From Lingula anatina (Eukaryota; Animalia; Brachiopoda): a stretch of DNA of 64,000 nt. The notes under the pieces are model-generated. The model made no database searches and had not been told where the DNA came from. It saw only the letters and a list, made by a program, of their open reading frames with translations. Location: assembly GCA_051362555.1 (NCBI GenBank), contig CM120649.1, positions 1,550,001-1,614,000 on the forward strand, given 5' to 3'. Positions 26,298-38,150 of the stretch are shown here, piece by piece (position 1 is the first letter of the stretch; every line of letters starts with the position of its first letter). A program made the position numbers and the translations under genes.

Positions 26298-27340
26298 ATG
26301 AATTACGGTTATGACTCATTCTTTTCAATGGTAAAAAATGTTAATTTTACAGTTACTCCATTTTTTAAGTCATAAATTCTTGAAACATCCTTTGAGTGGT
26401 AGCAACAAAATTGAGGCACAGGCACCCTGATAGTTTTATTATAAACAGTAAAAGCATCTCAAATGCTACACAGTTATTTTTTAATGATTCCAAAAACTGT
26501 GCATCTGTAACATTAACCATTTTACTCTATTGAAAAGATTGCACCATTATTGGATATAACCCAGGGTCTTTATGAAGTTTACTTTTAAAGGTAGTCACAA
26601 TGTCTTTAATACTACTGGACGTGGTATTATTAAGAGGCAAATTATAATGTCACTGAAATATTAAAACGCTATGTTATATGTTTTTAATTTGTTTGTAGTG
26701 TATCTTCCAGAATATCTTAACAAAGCATATCAAATATTGTTGGATTGAAAGATAAATTCCATAATATTGCACTTGCCAGAATTGAATGTACCAAGTTAAA
26801 TAGCTAATGATGAGTTATTTTATCCTCATTGTACTGTTATTGAATATCAGTGATGTGAACAATTGTTAGTGTTGCACTAGGCATTTGTTAACATTGTGAT
26901 GTAATGAAACTAATAATAAATTCATAAAGTAAAACAAAAGGGTTGTTGTTGTGCATTTTCTAAAACTACCCTCCCCTGCTTGTTAATCAGTGTCATCAAA
27001 TCCACAGTTTAAGTCAGTCATCATAGAATCTGTGCATATCTGCGGTGTAAATTCCCTTTAAGACCAAATTACTATGTCAAATGTATAATTTTAAGACATA
27101 ATTAGCTTATTAAGCTATGACAAAGGCAAGGGTGGTGCAATAAATAAGATGTAATGCATGTATTCACTGTTCATTAAAAGAGAAATGTCACACTTGAAAA
27201 AAATTGCCACGTACACACACATACACACACAAGCGCGCACGTACACACACACAAACGCACTGTTAGTACTAATTAAACTTACCTACATATCCATCAGGAT
27301 CCCTTCCATCCAGCTTGTCGGCGATAGTTTACCTTACCCC

Positions 27341-28734
27341 TGTGGCAGGAGTGCACGTCCCAGTAACGCAAGTCCGCCCGGAATGCAAGTCCTAGGGCAT
27401 GCAATGCTAGGAATGGAAGTCCTAGGGCATACGTTACTAGGATTTAATGTCCGTAGGACAAAGGCTCCCAAGTAATCTAAGTCCTACGTGTAGTAATGCA
27501 CGTCCTAATGGGACGTGCGTTCCTGACATTTTAGTTACGCATGTCCTATATAGTTTACACCAAGAAATTACATGAATAAATAGATATAGAGACATACTAG
27601 TTTTAAAGATATAATAAATGTTTGCTTTATTCTATTAATATGACATTTTATCTTTATATTTTACAATGTTTTCCGATAGGCAGTGAAGAAACAAAAACAA
27701 TTTATTTATTTTATGTGTATTTTACATCAAGAATACGCAAAATTTGACGTGTTAACGCATATTTTTGGCGTACTCCTCCCTCAGTGCACAATATGTATGA
27801 GCCTGGTTTGCCCGATATTTTTTTTTTAAACAAAATAAGTCACCATCCAAAGGCATCCCTTATTTTCATCCTGTGAGGTATATGTACAGTGTATATTATT
27901 TCATGTCCTTTTCTACTGGGGTGTACCTTTTGTGTCAAAATTCTTATTTTCTCTCCCTCTCTCTCTTTTTCAAAATCTTATTCCTAAGAGAAATATCACT
28001 TTACACAAAACGCGGGATTTCCGTTCTTAGATTTTTAATTCGGTTTACACTCGCTGAAATTGAAAAATAACCTCAAACTCGATGGAAATTTGCTCTTGGA
28101 AAGTATGGGCTGAGATAAAGATAAATCAAGACAGTTTAGAAATTGAAAATTGCAATATAAAAATATATTGCAATATGTATATAATGTTCTGTAATGACCC
28201 TTTGCTATTTTGGGGCTTTGATACTTAAAAAACAAAACAAAACAGTTGTAAATGTAATGAGTACGGAATTTCGAACACATATTAGACATTTAAAACACCA
28301 TTAAACATTTTGCTACAAGTAAGATATCGGGGTAAGAGGGGTGGGTGGGTAAGGTCAAGTCAAAGGTAGGTCTCGAACCCATAGATGCAATAGAACGACC
28401 TATGATATCTTACCATGTGGTCTTGCACGCTAACCACTACACAGACGAGCTGAAATTGCAATCCCCTCATTTTTTTGTCTGACATATGGCTCACCAGAAG
28501 GATTTCATATGCATTTATAGTTTTATCATTTAACAGTATTATTGCCTAGGACTTTCAAATGGCCAGACTTTTATTTCTGTCATAACATGAATAAAAGTCC
28601 AACAGTAATACAAGTCCTACCTACTCTAATTATGAGCCAGGAACTTAAGTCCCTGTAGGACTACTATTCCTAAGTAATGTTAGTCCTACGGACAACCATT
28701 ACCAGGTTCCTGGGGGACTTGGATTACTGTTACA
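27341..28734. mobile_element. Unclassified element with a hairpin module at each end
   Basis: 27341-27528: tgtggcaggagtgcacgtccca..tgggacgtgcgttcctgaca. 28600-28734: aacagtaatacaagtcc..ggacttggattactgttaca. Inserted in a C run. Confidence 0.5.
28365..28450 (-). mobile_element. tRNA-derived SINE-like head (Pol III A/B boxes)
   Basis: Minus strand tgtgtagtggtt (A-box-like) ... ggttcgagacc (B box GGTTCGANNCC). No full cloverleaf. Confidence 0.4.
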
Positions 28735-30037
28735 CCCCCTCCTTTTCTGTTGCACTCTTCCGAAGCAGATTTTTACCTGCAGCACATATATAAGCTGGGC
28801 AGTTTTACTATTCAGTCCACTCCTATTTCAGTGACTTAACAACATCAATTTTTCCATTTTTTTATTCAACATTTTTGTACAGTTTTTTACGTCATATTGA
28901 ATAATTATGACACGGTCCAACATGAAAGTTGTAAAAAACAAAGCGTCAGAGTTTAAATCTTTTGAATTCCTTGATGTGAATGTCTCCACCCGGAAAGATA
29001 TGCTGCATTTGATTCTGATATACCGTCCACCCTACTCAAAGAGGCACAAGTACACCGTATCTAGCTTCGTAGACGAATTTTCCAAGCTTTTAATATCCAC
29101 ATGGATAACGAGATATGCAGCGATGTTAGGAGGTTTAAGGACCTGATTGAATCAATGGGTTTGACTCAACACATCAGAACAGCCACCCACTCAAAGGGTC
29201 ATATCCTAGACTTAGTGCTGACTCGCACCGACTTCTGCCTTCAAAGTTTTACTTTAGACCACAGCCTTCCTTCAGACCATGCTGCAATCCACTTCGTGGC
29301 AGACCTTGTACGCCCGGAACCTTCAAAAAGAGTCATCCAACGTAGAGATATCTCGAAACGTGATCCAGTAATCCTAAATGATGCGTTTAAACATGTTTTT
29401 GAGGATGCAGAACAGACCACAGATCCAAGTACCTTAGTAGATCTGTATAATACGTCTATATCCAAGATCATGGAAGATATTGCACCAATGCAGACCAGAG
29501 TCAAGTTGGTGAAACAGAGGGCTGAATGGTTTACATCTGAACTCAGCGAAGAAAGGAAAAAGATCAGGAAGCTTGAACGTCAGTGGTGCAACTCAAAATT
29601 GGAAATACACCGGGAATTATTCAAAACTGCCAGAGCTAACTATCACACCCTCCTTGAAAAGCAAAAAACTGTACACCATCGGACCTGTATTGAAGGTGCT
29701 GATCAAAGGGAACTCTTTAGGATTGTGGACAAGATTTCAGAATCTAAGTCAAGCCAGCTAAGTGTGCTTCCTGACATGGAAATGTCAACACTTCCTCTAG
29801 TTTTTGCAGATTTCTTCACAAACCGGATCAAGGATATTCGTAAGGACTTAACTCAAAATGCTACCACAGGATCCTCAGAATCAGATCCATTACCAAGTGA
29901 ATTTCAAGACAGGTGTGCCAGTCAGGGTGGTGGGGCCCAACTGAGCAATTTCCTACCGGTCTCAGAGAAGGATATTATCTCTGTTATAAAGGGGATTAAT
30001 TCTAAGTTTTGTGCTCTGGATCCCATGCCAACATATA

Positions 30038-33000
30038 CAGTGGTCGGAATAATTTTGTTTCCGTTGTACACCGGTGTAACATCGTTCGAAATGGTTTAAT
30101 CCCTATCTTGTGAATAGAAGGGGGCGGACAAACAATGGAGGGCCGTATAAATCCCTTCAAAATTCGAACGCACAAACACAATAGCTTAGGTGGAATAACA
30201 CAATACTTAATACGAGTGAACCCCATGACGCCGGTTTCTGTGGCCCAGCGCGAGCGTGACAATACGCTGTAACTAGGTGTAATCAACAGCAGGATACATC
30301 AGCCAGAAGGTCCCTATTGTTTGTTGCGGCGATAGGATTATAGCTTGAAGAGGCTAAACCCATGCTAAGGCGTGCCACGCGAAGCGAACTGTCCTTTTGT
30401 TCACTAGTTTGGCACGCACAGCTGGTTTTTAGTGTTGCTAACAAACTGCTAGCTAAATTTGTTATCAGTTATTTCATCCTATATGAAATTTCCGCAGTCA
30501 AAAATTGAACTAATTATTGTTTGTTTGGTTGAAATGCATGAGCGTCAGCATCAATCTGTCTCAAAAAATTCCTACTGCATTAATTTATAAATGTATAATT
30601 CATTTATGTACTTACGTTTTAATTTGAAATATCTGCATTCAAGCGTTCAAGTATTTATAAAACATGAATGATAATGAAAGAGGAATAAGGAAATAACATA
30701 TTACTTATATTATGCTTATATTATAATATTGAAATTAAATGAGGTTCATTGACATAGGCGCAATGACAATCCAACTACAACGTGCAACAGGGGGATTCTG
30801 GCTGTATGATCATACAATATACGAAAGTACGGTCAATTAAAAGTGTAAATCATCAGTTAAAGAGGAGGGGGTCTTACTATAGCTCGCTATCTATTGTTAA
30901 ACCCGACTGTTATTATCTCTCGAACAAGCTTAAAGCATGCCTATACAATTACTGTGTCTCCGGCTGCCGTTCAGAAACACTATGTCGAACATATTTTGCT
31001 ACAGTGAGAAACATGGTACACTAGCGACTTGTTTTAGATCACTCAAGAAAGGATGCATACGTGCCACACCAGAGGAAAAACAATCAAGTATGCATCTGAT
31101 CCTTTAATAGTAATTGCACAGTGCATGTTACTAGACCTTTGTCCTAACTCAGTAGTTAGGAATAGGATGTTTGGATAAAAAGCTTCTATTCAACTCGCTT
31201 AGACCTAGGGCGTGATGCTATCATCCGATGAAACACGTAACTGAACCCTCTACCTGTACCTGAAGTCCCTTTAGCTGAAACAAAAACTGCCCCTTGAACA
31301 TGTCCATTTTTTAATCGTCAAATGATTTGTGATTTCATTGAACGTCTTTGATCGAAAGCTTTCAAGTGACAATAACCGAACCGTGTGTTGATTATATATT
31401 AAAGCGTAATTAAGTTTATTCAACATGATCTATTTTGTAAACGATACTTGCCAAGATTGAGCTTGGATTGATCACCGTCACTATTTAGCTACTCGCCTAT
31501 AATGCGTGCTGAACGACAGACAACTTAAAAATATTATCTGTGTAACTGTGCAAATGAACGCATTTAGTTAAAATATAACGAAGCCGGCATTTAATCCATC
31601 GAACATATTTATATTTGTTCTTTTAAACCCAGTGTAAGGTTAACGCAAAATCAAAGCAAGCCTTGCAGACTGGTTTTGTTTAAACTGTCGTGCATCAAGT
31701 AAATCTAAGTAAAGCCTGTTTCTACTTCGCAGTGTTCATCCCAGCCATAAAACTGCATGAAGGATAACAAGACTCCGTAGACCTGTTCTTCAGGTTTCCA
31801 GGAGTCCCGTGTAACACAATAATATCGAAGGCCTGAGAGTAATACATATATGAGGCCGTGTATGAAAGATTTAACAAATTAGAAATTCAAGAATTTATAC
31901 ATGCTTGGTACATGCACATCACTTAATAAGTCATTTCACAAAAATCGCATCTAATATTGTTTAGATTAACCTTTACTTTTATCGATCTCATCCCATTGCC
32001 TTAACCACCTAAAAGAAATATAGTGAACATGAGGAAAAGTAACACGTTTACATGCAGGCGAAGGAGTTAAACTTCAATATTAATCGCGAACAATATCAAC
32101 AGCGACTAAAGGCCGTTGTCTGTCTTTCACACTTTTACACAATCACACGAAGGTTTAATAAAGGGAGTCGCGACGCGATATCTATCTCTTTCATTCGAAC
32201 AAGCAAAGGGCTGACCCGAAGTAAGCTTTCTATACTAATGTCCTTTTTATTGTATATTGTAATTACTCTACTTGCTCGCCTCCATTGTCTTGTAAAAGTG
32301 ACAAAGAAAGTGTTGTATTCACACACGAGTTGAAAGAACTTTGCATAACTCCTTTGCCTTAAGTTGCATTATGTCTTTCTCAAGGTTATAATCAGTGTGA
32401 AGAGGGTGTCTTGCCTCATTTAAAAAGGGTGTTGTTCTTCATACTGGTTGTTGCTTAACTTATGCTAATCTTAAACTTTTATGTACCAATATGGTTTTAA
32501 TAAATCGCCAAAATTATGAATTTAATGAACATTGTGTATCACACGTTTTGATACGATTTAAATAAATGGACGAGGAGGATTACGGTATTAGGTTCTATTT
32601 ACCTCTGGCTTTAACTTCGCCCTGCTATATAAATGAACAAATGTTGCAGATCGTAACAAAAAACTTTCTTATAGTGTTTTATGACATATATGATTTACAC
32701 ATTTGATAGTGAAACACTCCTCGACTTTAACGAATCACCTGACGTAAACTGTCTACCCGCGCTCCCCGAAAAAACTGTTTCTTTTAATATTGAAATGAAT
32801 TGCTTTTAAGGCAAAGAAGTCCATTAAACCCTTTAGTCTCAACATCATTGTACAGCATGTTGTAATCGATATTTAAAAAAGTTAATTTTGTACTTCGCTT
32901 TCATCGAGGATACCTCAAGTTGAGGTTACAATTACATCGCTCGCCTATGCTACTGGAATATATATTTAAGGACAAATTAAGCTTTGTAAAGTCCCTATTG

Positions 33001-34428
33001 TCACACACCATAGATACTTTATTTTGTCTTGAATGAAAAAATAGCCTCAATTTATCGTTTTGTGCTTAAACCTTTCATTACTTGAAGCAAGATCTGTACT
33101 ATAGCTACCAAGACGTACATGCATCAAGTTGGGTCTGCTGGGGGAGGGGAGCATTTAAATGATAAACGAGGAAGTCTACCTGCAAAAGCAGCAGCAGTGG
33201 TTTAAATAATCGCTATCTAGACTCCTTTTTCTTTGACAGCAACATAAAAAGTGTTTAGGGAGAAAGTCACACAAAGACCCGACGTTGTTTTGTCTTCAGC
33301 ATTTCCTCTTCCTTGTTATCTGCAATTACTATCGTCAATTAATGAAATCGAGAAAGCAATTAAGTGACGGCACATTGAATATAGTCACTAGGTGCATTTC
33401 ACTGAGTGTTTACAAGATCTAGCGACACATTTTATCGCCACACGTTCTAGTTTAGAAAATTAAACAGTTACTCTGGCGGCTCTCCGTCATTGCTATGAAT
33501 CTGACATCGAATTTAGTCCAAAATATTAGTAAATTCAGATTTATTAGCTAAAACGTAAATTGCGCTAATTTGTCAGATAATCAAAAATGCCGGTGATCCA
33601 CGCGGAGGGTACGCTTTCCTGAAGGTAGCGGCGACGAACGGCGACGATATTTTTCTGAATAGTGAACCTTTATTAGTTACGAAAAGCCCCCTTTTCAACA
33701 GGCACGTTTTATTAATTACTTCATGTCACAAAGTTAATTTATACAGGCAAAACTTTATTCAAGGAAATAGTTTCACGAAATGAACGAGAGTAAAATATAA
33801 GTCGGCACAAATATAAGGCATACAACAATGAGTAATGTTATGGATCATGTTATGGGCCATGTCGGATTATAATGGCATACATGTACCTTGATGCAAAACA
33901 GTCTATCGTTTCTTCCACCGCGAGTTCCTTTATTTAATGTAATGTATTACTCATTACCCGTTTTATTTGACACTCTCTCTTTTTATCTCCCTTCCCCTTT
34001 CTCTTGTTAGAAGGAGGGTAAATAATTAAGCACTCAAAATCTGCACCACCAAACTTCAGAAAAACATAAGTCGACGAACCAGTGGGCTGATCCACAACAT
34101 CCGACACAGCAGAATGAATCAAATAACAGCTAGCACAAATTTATATGCAGTTAGCTATAGTGTCACTACATACATAATCAGCTGCACGCGCGAAGCTGTT
34201 GAACAAAAGGATAGTTCGCTACGGGAGACCGTTTGTTTACATAAGTACTCTAAGGGGGCGTGGCTACCCAGGCGACCAGGGGATTAGGCTAGTTACTATA
34301 TGCCGTCAACAATCGTTTAGCGACCTATCATTATACACTCTCTCTATTGTATTTTCCACCGCATTAATCGCAGTGTAATCTTCAAATGGTCCACGGGGTA
34401 AATGTACACATTCTTAATCCAAGTACGG
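30038..34428. mobile_element. 4.4-kb non-coding DNA element with TA TSD inserted in the LINE
   Basis: Removing it plus one TA restores aca tat ata gtg aaa gag. Ends are cagtggtcggaataa / ttaatccaagtacgg. A diverged subterminal inverted match pairs 30376-30425 with 34180-34230. Confidence 0.8.
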
Positions 34429-34630
34429 TATAGTGAAAGAGTGTATTAGTGTGTTATCTCCAGTTCTCCTGAGATAAGTAAATCTGTCTTTCTCAACAGG
34501 TATCTTTCCATCAAACTGCAAAACTGCAATTGTTAGACCATTACTTAAAAAGCAAGGGCTGTGTAAAAATGTCCTGAAAAACTATAGACCAATATCAAAT
34601 CTACCCTTTTTAGGTAAATTTCTTGAAAAA

Positions 34631-35938
34631 ATGGCATGTTCCCAACTAAGCAGCTATCTATCTGAAAATAAACTCTTTGGGAAATTCCAGTCTGCCTATA
34701 GAGAAGGCCACAGCACTGAGACAGCTCTACTTCGAGTCCACAACGACATAATGCTTGCCCTGGATAAACAAAGAGATGTCATTTTAGTTCTTCTAGACCT
34801 CTCAGTGGCTTCCGATACCATAGATCATAATATTCTTCTTCACAGGTTGCAGCATCGTTTTAGAGTGAATGGACTTGCACTTAGTTGGTTTACCTCTTAC
34901 CTGAAAAACAGAACACAAAGGGTTTCAATAGAGTCGGTTTTATCTCAGCCAGTTAACTTGGAGTACGGTGTCCCACAAGGGTCTGTGTTAGGTCCGATCC
35001 TATTCTCATTATACATGTTACCTGTAGAAGATATCATACTAAAGCATGGTCTGAACACTGTTATTTTTGCAGATGACACACAAGTATATATTACATGCAA
35101 GAGCAGCCAGTCTGCAACAATCACTTCTATGGAGACTTGTCTTGCAGAGATTCGAGAATGGATGAAAGTGAACATGTTGGCTTTAAATGATAGTAAGACT
35201 GAGTTGATATGGTTTACATCAAGGTTCAAGGCAAATAGAAAAAATGTAGCAATTGCCAACATTTGCATAGGAGATGTTCTTATAAAACCACCTAGTTCTG
35301 TAAAAGATCTGGGAGTTACCCTCGATGAAAATGGCACTATAAGCAAGCGTGCATCTGAAGTGTGTAAATCAGCATCTTATGCACTATGGCGCATTAGAAA
35401 AATAAGGAAAGTGTTAGATAACAAAACCACTGAAAAATTAGTACATGCATTTATATCATCAAGATTAGATTACTGCAATAGTCTCCTCTTTGGTATTTGT
35501 GACTATCAGATTAAAAAGTTACAAGTTATTCAAAACTCAGCTGCAAGACTGGTTTGTCAAATTAAGTACAATAGTACACACCATATCACTCCCATTCTGA
35601 AAGAATTACACTGGCTGCCTGTCAAGCAGGGGATTGATTTTAAAGTACTCTGTATTATTTTTAAGGCGATCCATTCACAAGGACCATTATATTTATCTGA
35701 TCTTATCTGTTTTAACTTACCACGGCAGTCCACACGTTTTAATACTGAGAATGATTTTATTTTAGAACATTCTGTTTTAGAGAAGGGGTGCCTAAAAAGT
35801 TATGGAGATCGTGCTTTTATAATCTACGCCCCAAAAGTGTGGAATGGTCTACCAAATTTTATTAGGAAAACAGAAGACTTTGACAATTTTAAATCTCTTT
35901 TAAAGACCCACTTTTTTAATTCTGTCTATATCTCTTAG
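34631..35938 (+). CDS. LINE reverse transcriptase ORF2 segment (L2-like)
   Basis: 435-aa ORF with the RT motifs listed for the LINE. Confidence 0.85.
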   Translation: MACSQLSSYLSENKLFGKFQSAYREGHSTETALLRVHNDIMLALDKQRDVILVLLDLSVASDTIDHNILLHRLQHRFRVNGLALSWFTSYLKNRTQRVSIESVLSQPVNLEYGVPQGSVLGPILFSLYMLPVEDIILKHGLNTVIFADDTQVYITCKSSQSATITSMETCLAEIREWMKVNMLALNDSKTELIWFTSRFKANRKNVAIANICIGDVLIKPPSSVKDLGVTLDENGTISKRASEVCKSASYALWRIRKIRKVLDNKTTEKLVHAFISSRLDYCNSLLFGICDYQIKKLQVIQNSAARLVCQIKYNSTHHITPILKELHWLPVKQGIDFKVLCIIFKAIHSQGPLYLSDLICFNLPRQSTRFNTENDFILEHSVLEKGCLKSYGDRAFIIYAPKVWNGLPNFIRKTEDFDNFKSLLKTHFFNSVYIS

Positions 35939-36810
35939 ATTTTATTTTAATATATATATATGTTTTTTTTTTAATAAGATTGATTTTTAGTAGTGTAAAT
36001 TTTAAATGGTTTCCAATGAGAGTTTATGATTAAAATATTGTAGTCATTTTAATGATTTTAGTATATTAGCCACTATTGTAAGGCGCCTTGAGATAGAATG
36101 TAAGGCGCCATATAAGAATCTTATTATTATTATTATTATTATTAATTATTTTTTTTAAATTTCATTCCGCTCTTGTTGTTTTTTCATCTTCAAAAATATC
36201 CTTAACACAGCTCAAACCTATCATTGATATAAATACTAATTTTAAAAGCCTTCTCAGGACTGCTGGTCCACTCCAGGATTTTCTTTGCCCAGTACATTCT
36301 GAGGAATCCATGCATCTTGCCCTCCTTTACCATTTGTAGCCAGGAAAATGAGACCAAGTACTCGGGAATTCATCTGTTAATACATCAAGGATAATTCGTA
36401 TTGTCGATTTTCAGCCCTCTTCATTATTGATAGTGATTTTATAATTGTATTTTACTTTTCAACTGAGTCACTCAACTAAAGAAAATATGTATTCCATGCA
36501 ATGCCCAACCAGGCAAATGTCCTGCAAAATACAGTTTAAAATGTTATAATGCACTCCTTCCATAATCTTTTCATAAAAATGCCGATATTTTAATTTCTTG
36601 ATTTTTCCTCAAACAGAATGATGTATGCATTTTAAATAGTTTATCAATAAATTCATTTTATTTGTTATTACTTTATCTAAAATTTGGTGTATCAATGGGA
36701 AATTTGTTTAATGCCCGAACAAAAAAGAAAATTAAATACATGTAGCCTAGGTTCCTATATTCAGCGAAAAGGTCCAGCAATTAAGAGAAAGTAAAGATAA
36801 ACTTTAGGCT

Positions 36811-37152
36811 AGGATGGTACATCAGGCCAACACAGTACCCAAGTACCAGACTCGGCACCAAATGACCCTAAATTCACCGGTATATAAAACCACACTATCC
36901 ATTTTCAAGGTGCATCAGTACGTGCTTCCAAGTATTAGATGTGACCGCACTCTTGGCTAGTACTCGATGTGATAGTGATGATTCTCAGCGGGGTTGGAAA
37001 GTAGTGGATCTCATCTCAAAATTTGTTCAGGGGTATGATTCTGTGAAATGCGTACTCAAACACACCTTGAAAATGGGAAGCGTGGTTCGATCTGAATTCG
37101 CAATCATTCGGTGTTGGGTCTGGTACTTGGGTAGGTCTGGTACACCTTTCCT
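36811..37152. mobile_element. Diverged MITE
   Basis: tacccaagtaccagac..accacactatccattttcaaggtg pairs with caccttgaaaatgggaagcgtggt..gtctggtacttgggta. A related piece lies at ~12770-12835. Confidence 0.5.
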
Positions 37153-37551
37153 TTCATCGGCAAAGCTCATGCTTAAATTAAAAAGCACTGTTTATGTAAT
37201 ATTATGTAATGCCATCTGTCTGTGTGCATGTTATGAATTCATTATATTTTCTGTATTTTGAAGAAAGAAATAAAAATAAGAAGAGTTTCCATTTTAATTT
37301 TTACGGATAAGAACAATTACAAAATACCCTGTAACATAAGTCAACGTGATTACACTAAATGAGAATAAAAGTATATTTATTAAAATCCACTAACAGAAAG
37401 TATATATATACAGAGCATATATATGTTCCACTATATGTCATCATAACATAAAAAATGACTATGAAAATATTCCTAGTAATTATTTTCTAAAAGTTAAGTT
37501 GCAAAGCTTTTTGAAAAGGTTTGTCTGCTTGCTACTGTATGTGCATTGCTA

Positions 37552-37825
37552 CCCTCTACCAGGGCGACTGATAGATTTTTACAGATATTCACAGATATGT
37601 CTCTAGCTAGATAGATGGTCATTTAGGGCTCAACTCACCCTGTTGAGAAATCTCAAGGCTGATTACATGGCTGGTAATTGTTTGCATAACTGCTCAGGCA
37701 CTGCCACTTAGCAGGTCCAGTCTAATAAGTCATTCACACTAGCACTTTTGACCGCGGTCAAACTATCTAGCTAGAGACATATCTGTGAATATCTGTAAAA
37801 ATCTATCAGTCGCCCTGGTAGAGGG
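37552..37825. mobile_element. Young MITE, ~63-bp perfect TIRs, TA TSD, just downstream of the photolyase stop
   Basis: ta|ccctctaccagggcgactgatagatt...ctagctagatag and ctatctagctag...cagtcgccctggtagaggg|ta. Confidence 0.85.
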
Positions 37826-38150
37826 TATGGGCATGCAGTGGTTATATACTAGTAATATGAAACTGTCTAAACTGAATTGGTTTGTTTTTAACTAACTGTA
37901 GGCTCCTCATCAAGAAGTTACATTTGATTCTCTCATGTATAAAAACAAGAATATCAAGTTTTCTTCCAATCAAAAATAAGCCTACAGAAAGGGATAGAAT
38001 TTTAATATACAAGGTATGAGGTCTTGAATCCTTGATATTCAAACTTCCCAAAATTGATCAACTGCCTTTTGTATCAGAGAACTCCATGATCCATATTTAT
38101 CATATGTTACCCAAATGTCTGTTCTTTAAAAATGAACATGGCTACAGATA

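Larger units (their letters stand above)
28907..36141 (+). mobile_element. 5'-truncated L2/CR1-clade LINE (APE endonuclease plus RT), interrupted at 30037/34429
   Basis: EN motifs IYRPP, THSKGHILDL, SDH (28907-30037). Reading LDPMPTY|IVKEC resumes at ~34431. RT motifs [35 protein letters not shown]; L2-type tail LHWLPV, GDRAF..APKVWN; (TTA)n 3' tail at ~36120-36141. One frameshift (~29095) and one stop (~34475). Confidence 0.92.
27316..36207 (+). mobile_element. Solo LTR (TGT..ACA, 5-bp TSD CAGCT) inflated by nested insertions
   Basis: Starts tgtcggcg, ends ccttaaca, 5-bp TSD. Removing 27341-28734 and the LINE leaves a short LTR-like sequence with a TATA-like cacatatataagc (~28783). Confidence 0.65.
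27283..36339 (-). pseudogene. Orphan duplicate of photolyase exon 10, split into 36208-36339 and 27283-27315
   Basis: [44 protein letters not shown] / LDGRDPDGYV|gtaag matches 47296-47455. The acceptor AG is mutated to GG and cagct is duplicated at 27311-27315 and 36208-36212. Confidence 0.9.

Noticed and set aside
28365-28450. Possible tRNA gene
   Set aside because: A and B boxes are present but there is no consistent cloverleaf; treated as a SINE-like head.
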